A DNA stretch of 64,000 nucleotides from a virus. Lineage: Duplodnaviria; Caudoviricetes. The notes beneath the pieces are model-generated. The model saw nothing but the letters and a program-made list of their open reading frames with translations, ran no database searches and was not told the origin of the DNA. Made by a program: the position numbers and the translations under genes. Location: IMG/VR virus record IMGVR_UViG_3300028601_000031, positions 1 through 64,000 of that record. One strand, given 5' to 3'. Positions 53,159 to 63,488 of this stretch are shown here, piece after piece (the stretch's first letter is position 1; each line of letters begins with the position of its first letter).

Positions 53159-53869
53159 TTATTTTCCATTTTTAACATTTTTAACAATTAATTGATTATC
53201 AATTTGTTCCAATTCTATTTCTTGGATATCTTTTGTTGATTTTATATGATCTATAAATTCAATAAAACCATCTTTAAATGATTTTTCTTGTTTAAATTTT
53301 CCACTTCGATATGATTTTTTAAATTTTCTAAATAGTTCATTTAATTCATTTAATGTAAATGGGTAATTATCAGAATTTTCTAATACAGTTATTTTTTGAT
53401 CTAAAATAGAACCAAACCAATAAGTACCATCGGTTTTAAATTTTATTTTATCATCTACTTTTAAACATAAACCATAGTTATCTTCAATAACACTACCAAT
53501 ATAAGTTTGATAACCTAAATTTTCATATTGTGATTGATTTGGGAATGGTTTAGGTTGTTCTAATTCATAAATAGTAGTAACTGATAAAATATTACCAACT
53601 TTCCAAGGATCTATGTATTTACTGATATCAAATACTGGTATATTTTCAAGTTCAAATGATGAATAAATAACCCTTTTAGTATTTTCACAAATTGCATTCA
53701 ATTTACCTTTTGGTGTTCCATCATTTTTAAATAGGTACCATCCTCTACCTGATAAATTAATACCATGTGCAAATGAAACACCATAATCACCAATTTCAAC
53801 TTTATCGTCTGTAGTGATAACGTATCCTTCTTTTACTTTAAATAGATTTTTATTAATTATTGCTTTCAT
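53159..53869 (-). CDS. Hypothetical protein
   Basis: First ORF downstream of the T-loop RNA. Confidence 0.6.
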   Translation of the reverse strand: MKAIINKNLFKVKEGYVITTDDKVEIGDYGVSFAHGINLSGRGWYLFKNDGTPKGKLNAICENTKRVIYSSFELENIPVFDISKYIDPWKVGNILSVTTIYELEQPKPFPNQSQYENLGYQTYIGSVIEDNYGLCLKVDDKIKFKTDGTYWFGSILDQKITVLENSDNYPFTLNELNELFRKFKKSYRSGKFKQEKSFKDGFIEFIDHIKSTKDIQEIELEQIDNQLIVKNVKNGK

Positions 53870-53895
53870 GTTTATATTTATTTAGAAATTAAAAT

Positions 53896-54051
53896 GTATT
53901 GCTATTTGAGTTGGATTCGAACCAACAGGCGGATGCCTCCTTTTCTACAACCATTCACATTTCTGCGGTCAGGAATCGAACCTGAGAGAGCAACCACTGA
54001 TCACACACCGAGTTGAACGGGCTACCTACCAATCTGTTCAAATAGCAATAC
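53896..54051 (-). ncRNA. tRNA-like ncRNA with three T-loop arms
   Basis: 14-bp closing stem; CCG-UUCAACU-CGG, UCAGG-UUCGAUU-CCUGA, GUUGG-UUCGAAU-CCAAC; no anticodon arm or CCA evident. Confidence 0.75.
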
Positions 54052-54055
54052 TATA

Positions 54056-54086
54056 CAAAGATATAAAAATATTTTTAATAAACAAA
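54056..54086 (-). promoter_or_regulatory. Bacteroidota-type promoter directly before the T-loop RNA
   Basis: TTTG-N19-TATCTTTG ending 4 nt before the closing stem. Confidence 0.8.
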
Positions 54087-55342
54087 ATTTAATAACAATA
54101 TGAATCGTCATTTTCACCAGAAGGATAATATAAACTTTTACCTAAACTATTTATTTCATCTCTTTCTTTTTCCAATTCACGTCTATTGCTTTCAATGATT
54201 CTCCTATTAACTTTAGATTCCCATCTTTTTGATTTTGCTTTATTAATATTTTTTCTTACTTCATTTCTCCAACTCATAATTAATTATTTTTAATATTTTA
54301 TCTTTTCTTTTATATTTTTCTAAAAATTTCATAGTATTATCATACATATTAATTTTACTATTTAATCTTTTTTGTTGTCTTAATAATTCTTTTATTGTAT
54401 TATTTTTTGTTTCAAATAACTTATCATAAAATCTATTTATCAATTCTATTTCTTTTTTCTTTAAATATTCTTCATTGTTTATTTTTCTTGTTATAAATGT
54501 AGAGTATGTTAAATCTGTTTTATTATAACTATAATTATTATCAAAATAAAATTTATCCCAACTTTCACCATCACGAAAACCAACTCTAAAATATTCTCTT
54601 GTTAATATAATTTTATCACTGTATAAATTCAATGAAATTCTATATGATATAGGTTCATCTTTAAAACTATCTAAGTCTGATTTTTCTTTTATAATTAATT
54701 CCATTTGAAAGTTTTTTAATTTTTGATTGTCTTAATACCATATTAAAAAAATCTATAGATATTTTACCTGAAAAAAATTCTTGAAAATTATAATGTTCCC
54801 ATAAGTTACCCTCAATTATTTTAAATTCATCATTTACAATTTTTGCAAATTGTGGCATATTTAAATCAAATTTATCAAGATGTTGTGTCATCTTTTCATT
54901 AGACGATGTTGAAAATGTGTTATATTTAACATATTCTTCATCACATTTTAATAGAAAATTAAGTATTAAACATGCACCTATTTGAATATCTTCATCATTT
55001 AATTTCATATCGATTTAACAGTATTATTATAATTCCAAACTTTAACTAAACGATTATATTCGTCATTATTTAATCTATCTTTTAATGGTATCCATCCAGT
55101 TACACATGATGATTGTTTTAATCCATTTGGTGTATCATATACCCAATAGTAATCTTCTTCGCCATCTACTACATCAACCAGTCTAACCACATCAAAAAAA
55201 TCTAAAACTAGTGTATTTTTATATGGTTCTAATTCTTTTTTTAATTCTATTAACGTCGCCATTTTCTTAAAAATTTAGGTGTGAAATATCCAATTAAGAA
55301 TCCAATAACACCAAATCCCCATATTGGTATATATCTAACTAT

Positions 55343-56781
55343 ATGAACTACACATTAGCTAAAGACTAATGTGTTTCAGGAATATACCTTCTCTTTAATC
55401 GTTTCATTGCTTATGCCATTTAATTCCGAGAAATTATTTGGTCTTATTTTTGCTCCGCGATCGTTATCAGATGTTCCGTCTGATATATTTAATCTTAATC
55501 CTTCTTTTAATATATTTATGGCTGCATTAATATCTCTATCTAGTTTAGCACCACATTTATTACATATCCATTTTCTTTGATGAAGTTTTAAGTTTTGATT
55601 TATATGACTACATTTATTGCAAGTTTTAGATGAAGGGAAAAATCTATCTACTTTAATTAATTGTTTATCGTTCCAATCACATTTATAACTTAAAATATCG
55701 ATGAATCTACCCCAGCTAACGTCAGAAATTGATTTAGATAGTTTTCTATTTTTAATCATTCCTTTGATATTTAAATCTTCAATGTAAATAGTATCAAATT
55801 CATTAATTAGTTTAAATGTTATTTTATGTAACATATCTGATCTAGAATTTGAAATCTTTTCATGGATTCTACAAACTTTTAATCTTTGTTTTTCGTATCT
55901 TTTTGATCCCCTTGTTTTTCTTGATAAATGTTTTTGATTTAAACTTAATTTTCTTTCATATTTCTTTAAATATCTGATGCCCTTGGTTTTCGAACCATTA
56001 GATAGAGATATGAAGTCATTTAAACCTAAATCCATACCAATATTTTTATTGGTTTTTTTAACTGGTTGATATTCTTTTTCGACTAAAATTGAAACATAAT
56101 ATTTACCAGTTGAGGTCTTTGATATAGAACATTTTTTAATTAAACCTTCTATATTCCTGTGTTTAACCATTTTAATCCCACCTTTAAACTTTGGTATAAT
56201 TAAATAGTTATCTTCTACCTTTACACTCTGTGGTACAGTAAAGGTATTTTTTGTTTTTCTACTTTTAAATCTAGGAAATCCACTTCTTTTTTTAAAAAAT
56301 GATTGGTATGCTATATCCAAACAATTTAAACTATATTGTAAGGTCTGTGAATTAATTTCTTTTAACCACTGATAATCAGGATCTTTTTTAAGTTTAGTTA
56401 AAAAAGAAGATTGTTGGTTATAAGTTATAGATTTTTTATTATTAACGTATTCTTCTTTTCTTTGGTTTAAAAAATGGTTGTATACAAATCTGACACATCC
56501 AAAATACCTATTTAAAATATATTGTTGTTCTTTATCAGGGTTTAACCTGAATTTATATGTATATATTATATTTTTCATCTTTATAGTAATTAATTCCTTT
56601 ACTATAAATATATATTAAATGAAAAATATCACTTTTTTCCATTTTTACAATTTAAATATCTAACAGATTGATTATTAGTTATTTAAATTTTAAAAATATT
56701 TTTAAAAAATTAAATTCAATTGAAATTTATTGAAATTCATCCCTCTAACTAAAGATTAGATGGTTTTCTTTCAAGGTGAAT
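55343..56781 (-). mobile_element. Non-autonomous IS200/IS605-family (TnpB-only) element
   Basis: Subterminal hairpins near 55350-55374 and 56738-56763, right end GTAGTTCAT, inserted 3' of TTTAT, no target duplication, no tnpA. Confidence 0.85.
55376..56578 (-). CDS. tnpB: RNA-guided endonuclease TnpB
   Basis: YKFRLNP HTH, GMDLG, IEDL, CNKC/CNKC zinc finger, DRDINAA. Confidence 0.95.
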   Translation of the reverse strand: MKNIIYTYKFRLNPDKEQQYILNRYFGCVRFVYNHFLNQRKEEYVNNKKSITYNQQSSFLTKLKKDPDYQWLKEINSQTLQYSLNCLDIAYQSFFKKRSGFPRFKSRKTKNTFTVPQSVKVEDNYLIIPKFKGGIKMVKHRNIEGLIKKCSISKTSTGKYYVSILVEKEYQPVKKTNKNIGMDLGLNDFISLSNGSKTKGIRYLKKYERKLSLNQKHLSRKTRGSKRYEKQRLKVCRIHEKISNSRSDMLHKITFKLINEFDTIYIEDLNIKGMIKNRKLSKSISDVSWGRFIDILSYKCDWNDKQLIKVDRFFPSSKTCNKCSHINQNLKLHQRKWICNKCGAKLDRDINAAINILKEGLRLNISDGTSDNDRGAKIRPNNFSELNGISNETIKEKVYS

Positions 56782-56929
56782 ATAAATATCAAAATATGAT
56801 AAAATTAAAATAATAGTAAATAATAAAAATATGTTCGATAAACATACTAATAATACAAGTACTTTATTTTTATCAATATTTTTATTATTAAAATTTGGTA
56901 TAATAATTGGTATAAACATATTTATTCTT

Positions 56930-57619
56930 TTAATTTATTATTTTAATTGAATATGATGGTATATTATCATAAGTATAATATGCATCAATATTAGTATATT
57001 TTGGATCTTTATATAATTTTATTTTTGGTAATGATTTAATATTTATTTTTAATTTAACAGGATTAAAATCTTCAACATAATATGATTTATTAGATATGAA
57101 TGAATTTATATCATCAACACTTTCAAATAAGTAAATTCTATCCGGATGATTATCTATCATCTTATTGGATTTCGGTGTTAATCCGATTTGTTTTATTTTA
57201 TTAATATGTTTTTCATCTGTAACATGATATAAAAACAATTTAATACCAGTATCTTCAAAATCAAAATTTTTATTAAATACAATATTTAATTTTTCACTAT
57301 TCATAAAAATATTAATGTTTAAATTTAAATATTCTGTTTCATTATTGTCTTTTTTATAAGATGATATATAATAACCAGAAATATTTAATAAACTAATAAT
57401 ATCATTATATAAATTTATATTCTTAATAGGTTTAAAATTTATTAAAAATATACCATCTTCAGATTGTATCAAATCATATTCTTCTATTTTATATTTAGTT
57501 AAAATATCATTTAATTTTTCTTTGAATTTAGAGTATGAAAATGAGTATATTAATCCTTCTTGAATTAAATGTTCATTTTTATTTTCAAATGCCTCTTTAA
57601 ACTGATTAAAATTTAACAC
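56930..57619 (-). CDS. ADP-ribosyltransferase-fold protein (Tpt1/KptA-like) with CTS-like leader
   Basis: LYHVT...I...GLTP, RIYL, YTYDNIP; GTG start after AATATATA. Confidence 0.6.
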   Translation of the reverse strand: MLNFNQFKEAFENKNEHLIQEGLIYSFSYSKFKEKLNDILTKYKIEEYDLIQSEDGIFLINFKPIKNINLYNDIISLLNISGYYISSYKKDNNETEYLNLNINIFMNSEKLNIVFNKNFDFEDTGIKLFLYHVTDEKHINKIKQIGLTPKSNKMIDNHPDRIYLFESVDDINSFISNKSYYVEDFNPVKLKINIKSLPKIKLYKDPKYTNIDAYYTYDNIPSYSIKIIN

Positions 57620-58274
57620 TTTATATTTTTATTTTATTCTTATATATTAAATTTAAGAGTAGATAGTTCTAACTTATCAATAAACTCATATGAAAATATT
57701 TTTTCTTCATAAAATGAATATTGAAAATTAGTTGTATCCCACCCATCAGGATCAATTATTTCAATTTTGAATTTATCTTTTACTATATCATACCATTCAT
57801 TTGATGTCTTTAAACCACTGATATTAGTAATATCTTCTCTAATATTTTTAAATACTGACATAATTTATAATTTTTAAAAATTTAACATTTATTAATCCTC
57901 AAATTTAACTAGTTTATAAATGTAGGTATCGTCCTCATTTTTTGCAAACTTATCCATCCATTTTTTAAACCATGATTTTTTAACAATAATTATTTGGTAT
58001 TTTTCCATATATTCAGACGCAATTTCTTGATTGATAATACCATCTTTAAATAGTTTATCTATTATCATTTCTTTACAAAGATTTGCATTTTTTGTCATAC
58101 TATCAATTTCTACTAATACACTGTCTATTGTTCCCATATTTTTAATTTTTAATTTTTTCAATAAATTTACCAATTAATTTTCCAGTGGATGTTATAATCC
58201 AAACATATCCAACTATTGCAAGAATACCAAACCAAAATTCCATATCGGATAAGAAATTAAAATTTTCCATATCA

Positions 58275-58808
58275 TTAAAGTTTAATAGTTCTAAAGTTAT
58301 TTAATTCATCTAGTTCATCCCACATATCAGAATATAATCCTCTTACTTTTAGTGCATATCTAAAAATAGGATATTCTTCAACGTATACTTTATACATATG
58401 ATGACCTGACTCTTTTGAGTTTTTGGTATTTGCAATTCTATCACATAATTTTACAAAAATAGCAAAATCACTAACCCAAATTTTTGGATATGTTTTAAAG
58501 TTTCTTTCCTTTCTATCCCAACCTCTTTCATTAGATACTCTAAATACGATATCTGCTATTTCTTCATTAAATTTTTCTTTTAATTTTTTAGGTGATGTGT
58601 CAGTATCTTCTACGGTATCATGTAACATTATGGCACTTAACACAATATCTAATTTATCAGTCGGTAAATAATATGAATATTTTTCACCGTTTTTCAATAC
58701 ATCAAAAAGATGAACAGAATATGATTCACTACCATATCTTTGTGATTCTGATGGCAAATCGTGTTTTTTACATGCGTATTCAATAGCTAAATCAATGAAA
58801 TTGTTCAT
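58275..58808 (-). CDS. RelA/SpoT-type HD hydrolase (small alarmone hydrolase-like)
   Basis: A..KH...Q.Y...Y..H, LHDTVEDT, VKLCDRIAN. Confidence 0.8.
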   Translation of the reverse strand: MNNFIDLAIEYACKKHDLPSESQRYGSESYSVHLFDVLKNGEKYSYYLPTDKLDIVLSAIMLHDTVEDTDTSPKKLKEKFNEEIADIVFRVSNERGWDRKERNFKTYPKIWVSDFAIFVKLCDRIANTKNSKESGHHMYKVYVEEYPIFRYALKVRGLYSDMWDELDELNNFRTIKL

Positions 58809-59850
58809 ATTTTATTATTTTAAGAACAAAGATAATAAATAATAATCAAAATTAAAAATTAATTTAATATTTTTTCATTTAAGTATATTTTTAATATTTC
58901 ATCACCTGTTAAACCATAACAACTACCTTTATCTGGATAATATATCATTGTTAAATTAGCCCACCCATGATTACCCATAATATCTTGTATAGGAAGATCA
59001 TTCCACCAATTTAAAGCAAGTTGTCTATATCGGTATAATTTTATTCTACGAATTAATTTTTCCATATTAGATGTTCCTCCAATTTTTATCTAAATTAACA
59101 ACCCAATCTTCAATTCTTATTGGTTCTATATTTGTTTCTTTTAATTTTCTTATTGCTTCTTTTAAAACAATATTCATAAATTCACCAGATTCTTCTAATT
59201 GTTGTTCATATAATTTTAATAGTCCTTCCTTATGGATATTTATTTGTTCATTTCTTTCATCTTTTGATTGTCTTCGAATATTACCCAATTTATTTATGGC
59301 ATCATTCCAATCACCAAATCTATTTATTTTTTTACTCATAATGTTTAATTTTCCTATTCATTTATTCAAATTTTATACATATTTCACCACCTTTTAATGG
59401 ACACCAATCTGGTGTTTCAATCGGTTTATCTTTTTTAAAACTATCATATATTTCTAATATATTATCTGTATCTCCCATGGATTTACACAAATTACAATAT
59501 TCTATTGTATCATGTCCAGTTGCATAATCATTATAATTAATTTGTTTAAATGGACAATCTTCGCAACCTTTAATTATAAATTCTGTCATAATTTAATAAT
59601 TTTTAATATAAATAAATCTAGGTATAAAAATATCTAATTCTATTAATCTAGCATATCTAGCATCACATACATTACTAATACTACCTATCATAAATGATTC
59701 TTTTTTAATATCAATACCTTTTCCTTGGAATTTAGATTCAATAGTTAAATATTCATCAGTATCTAAATCTTTAACATAATCTAAATATCCATTATCTTCA
59801 TTATAGGTAATTTCTATGTTTTTTCCTAAGTGTTTAAATTTTATTTTCAT

Positions 59851-60243
59851 TTATCTTAACATTTTTGGTAAATTATATTTTTCAACTAAATCATATAAAT
59901 CCCCATATGATACATATATAAATAAAAAATAATCTACTGTATCCATTAATCTACATCCAATTTCTCCATATTTCCAGCTCTCTTTATATCCACCTTGGGT
60001 AAATCTATCAATGACAACATTATGAGTATTTAAAGATAATTTTTGTTCAATGAATTCTTCTGCTGTAAATTTATCAGTTCTCTTTCTTTGTATACTAGTT
60101 AATTCATCAACATGATGATCATATGACAATGACAATGCGTCTCTATATAATTGTTTAAGTGTTTTTTCATCTTTAATAACACCAACATCAAAAAACCCAT
60201 TCCAATATGATGTTTGTTCATTAAAATTATTAATATTTTTCAT
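59851..60243 (-). CDS. Hypothetical protein, weak CTS-like leader
   Basis: MKNINNFNE. Confidence 0.55.
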   Translation of the reverse strand: MKNINNFNEQTSYWNGFFDVGVIKDEKTLKQLYRDALSLSYDHHVDELTSIQRKRTDKFTAEEFIEQKLSLNTHNVVIDRFTQGGYKESWKYGEIGCRLMDTVDYFLFIYVSYGDLYDLVEKYNLPKMLR

Positions 60244-60935
60244 TTTTTCTTAAATTTAGATTTTGTTTTTAATTCCTTTATTTTTTCATCTCTATCTCTA
60301 TTTTTAAAATATTCTTTTTCATCAATAAATAATCGACAAATTTTTTTATCATTAACAATTTCATCATAATATGGACTATTTGGATGTTCACATTTCATAC
60401 ATTGATCACCAAACCACTTATTTAATAATAAAGTAGATTCTGTATAATTAGAATATAAACAATCCAAACATGACTTTTCCATACTATTTATATATTAATA
60501 TTTTTTTAATAGTTTAACTCCACTTTAAATGATACTGGTATATCATCTTTATAATTATCTGTATACGAATAATATTCAAAATGCCTTCCTAATCCTGATG
60601 ATACAGCAACAGATTCTAACCAAAGAAGAAATTCTTTTACTTCTTCTTTTGGTAATTCTTTTTGGATATCAATTATTTCTATTTTCAAATTAATTGATTT
60701 TTTTAATATTTTACCAATTAGATTTTCCATATTATTAAATTTGTTTCAATTATTATCAAAATACCAGTAAGTATCATCTTCATCATCTTTGAAATAGATA
60801 CCCATTGATTCTAATTCTTCTAACAATAAGTCATAATCCTTTTCCGGATGTATCATTCTTTCGTTCAGTCTATTAACTAATTTTTGTAATAATTGTTCCA
60901 TTTCCATATGTTTTATTTTTATCTAAATAATTATT

Positions 60936-61289
60936 TTACCTGCTACCAAAAATGTTCCATAAATCAATTGATCTTAAAATGGCTTGTTCACGATCTTTTT
61001 CATAAGAACCTCTAAAGTATTCCCATTTTTGATTTACAGCATAACGCCAATTATCACTACCATTTTCTACCATACTAAGATCAATAATGAGATTTCTTTT
61101 TCTAAACCATTCAATAGCTTGTTGCCAAAGTGGTGCAGCAATTTGGTCTTCTTTATTAAAATGCGAGTTTTTATATCGTCCAGTAATATCAATAAATTCA
61201 TTTTTACTGTATTGACAGAAACAAGTTTCATCAAAACCCAATTCTTTAAGTTTCAAAGCTATCTCATATGTAACAAATTCTTTTTCCAT
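60936..61289 (-). CDS. Conserved Bacteroidota-phage-type hypothetical protein
   Basis: FVTYEIALKLKELGF...APLWQQAIEWFR. Confidence 0.6.
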   Translation of the reverse strand: MEKEFVTYEIALKLKELGFDETCFCQYSKNEFIDITGRYKNSHFNKEDQIAAPLWQQAIEWFRKRNLIIDLSMVENGSDNWRYAVNQKWEYFRGSYEKDREQAILRSIDLWNIFGSR

Positions 61290-61743
61290 TTTAATTTTAA
61301 TTACTCATGCTTTGCATTATCTTCTACATCTTTTATAAATTCATTAATAGCTTTATTTAGCTTATCATATTGTTCTTGCTCTGCAACATATGTTTGTAAC
61401 ATACTTATAAGTTCACCCTTTGCTCTTTCCCAAGCCATTAATCTCATAATTTGTCTATCCTGTGTATTCATAATAAAAATCTTATAGTTTATTATAATAA
61501 TTTTCTACCCAATCTAAAAACGTGCCAAAAGTATTGAAATAGTAATCTAAATCTAAACACGATCCAACTGATTCTTCAGTCATGTAATCTTCGCCAAATT
61601 CTTCAGCAATTTGTTTTACTATTTCAACATATTTTGGGTGTACACCAAAATTCTCATTATCTTCTGGTATAAACCCAAGTACAATTTTTATAGACTTATA
61701 ACAACGTTGTCTAACATCGTGTATTGCTGTATCTTTTTCCATT

Positions 61744-62412
61744 TTATGTAGATTTATTAAACATTTTATTATTAAAATATTTTCTGCCTTCTTCTCCGAA
61801 AATATAATTAAACCCATTTTCTTTTCCCCATTTAATCATATCTTCTATATATTCTTCTTTATATTCTTCTAATTTTTTAACATCGTTATATAATGATGTT
61901 ATTTTTGATTTATCATCACCATCTTTATATAACGGGTCAATTTCTAATAAACCTAAGTTGTAAATTTCTAAAAATCCAGCTTTTTCTCTAGTTTTAAAAG
62001 TTAACCCATATTTACCCTTAATATTAAAAAGATTAATACCTTCATAATAATGAATATCGGTAAAAACTTTTAGTTCTTCTTCATCTTTATGTTCATCATA
62101 GTAATCTTTATCGATGGTTATAAATGATTTATCGTTGGTTGCATAATATTCAGTGATTGAATCATTTGAAATAAAGTATCCTTCACTGGTTCCATAGAAA
62201 CCAGTTATACAATTTTGTATGTACTTTTTTATCTGATAACCAAATAACATAAAATCTATTTTTCCATCGATTAAAATATAGGAAAGATATTTCTCTATTT
62301 TAACAGGTTTATCTGATACTACAGATGCAAATAATTCAACGGCATTATTAGGCATATCTAAATAATTAGGCATCAACCTCAATTCATAAGTTTTAAATTT
62401 TTCTATTTTCAT
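61744..62412 (-). CDS. Hypothetical protein
   Basis: ORF in a packed minus-strand operon. Confidence 0.6.
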   Translation of the reverse strand: MKIEKFKTYELRLMPNYLDMPNNAVELFASVVSDKPVKIEKYLSYILIDGKIDFMLFGYQIKKYIQNCITGFYGTSEGYFISNDSITEYYATNDKSFITIDKDYYDEHKDEEELKVFTDIHYYEGINLFNIKGKYGLTFKTREKAGFLEIYNLGLLEIDPLYKDGDDKSKITSLYNDVKKLEEYKEEYIEDMIKWGKENGFNYIFGEEGRKYFNNKMFNKST

Positions 62413-63002
62413 AATTTTTATTTATTAACGGTTTTTAATTCTGAATATTTTTCACATATTTTAAAATGTTTTTTTAAAGTAATTATTAAATCACTGTGAT
62501 CTGGTTCTATAAATTTTTTTCCACAACATGGACATTTTGTTTTTGCGTAATTAAACCAGCATTTCATAATTTTAAAGTTTTAATTATATCATTGATCATT
62601 TTATATTCATCGATTTCTTTGTCCATATCATCTAAATCTAGATCAGTCCCATTGCCATATGCACAATTTTCTTCTTTATTCCAAGCATTACCATCGGATG
62701 GTATGTATGCTCTTAATTTTCCACCATCCCAATAAAAAATAAAACATATTGGAAATTCCCAATCACCACCGGCATTCACAAAAAACACATGAAAATCATC
62801 TACTAATTTTCTATATCCAACCGGATATTTACCATTACAGAATCCTTCATCATCATCAAATTCTGTATAATTTTCAAAATCAAATTGAACTTTCGATAAA
62901 TCTTTTAGAATTTGTTGTGGTAAATCATATGGAAATTCATCATCTTCCATTAATTCTTTTACTTTTAGTAAAAATTCAGTTTTAGTTATTTTTATCATAA
63001 TT

Positions 63003-63446
63003 TTAATTTTTAATAAGTTCCAATATTTTTTTATAAGAATCACTATTCATAACTTTAATACTATCATCACCGAACATAAATGGGATACTCATTAACCATT
63101 TATCATAAATACTATCAATATCATTTAATATAATAGTTTTGTGTTTTTCGATATCACTATTATCTAATTTTTTATTAACTGATAAATGAATTGCTAATTT
63201 ATTGATAAATGAAGTATCAATTTCACCATTAATTAATAAATCTTGAATTATAATATCTTTAGTATATGATACTAATTGAGTATAGTGTAATTGATTTACA
63301 ACTTCATCATATGTTTGAATTGGTACCGTATTAGTAATTGTTTTTTCTTTTAATGATGCAGATATTATAAAATAAAGAATAGCAATAGCAATACTAATAA
63401 AAATTACTAATACAGTAATCGGATAATACATGTTCACATTTTTCAT
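63003..63446 (-). CDS. Membrane-anchored hypothetical protein
   Basis: N-terminal TM; host-type promoter at 63472-63503. Confidence 0.6.
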   Translation of the reverse strand: MKNVNMYYPITVLVIFISIAIAILYFIISASLKEKTITNTVPIQTYDEVVNQLHYTQLVSYTKDIIIQDLLINGEIDTSFINKLAIHLSVNKKLDNSDIEKHKTIILNDIDSIYDKWLMSIPFMFGDDSIKVMNSDSYKKILELIKN

Positions 63447-63488
63447 AATTTAATATTTTTTAATTAAGTTACAAAGATATAAAATATT

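Larger units (their letters stand above)
55250..56919 (-). pseudogene. 76-aa two-TM membrane protein gene split by the IS (56919-56782 plus 55342-55250)
   Basis: Removing 55343-56781 gives an in-frame ORF ...ILSYFDIY|IVRYIPIWGFG...KWRR*. Confidence 0.75.

Noticed and set aside
53896-54051. Ordinary tRNA or tRNA-Sec (UUCAA could be read as a UCA anticodon)
   Set aside because: UUCAACU fits a T-loop on a 3-bp stem, the length is ~155 nt, two further T-arms follow and there is no CCA
55343-56781. IStron (group I intron plus TnpB) that would splice out of the split gene
   Set aside because: The ~200-nt left region is AT-rich with no recognisable group I core
4741-62985. Short overlapping ORFs in the track (e.g. 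4741, 5679, 8086, 13076, 20171, 27778, 46430, 59071, 60984)
   Set aside because: Antisense or alternate-frame shadows of well-supported genes, with biased composition and no motifs
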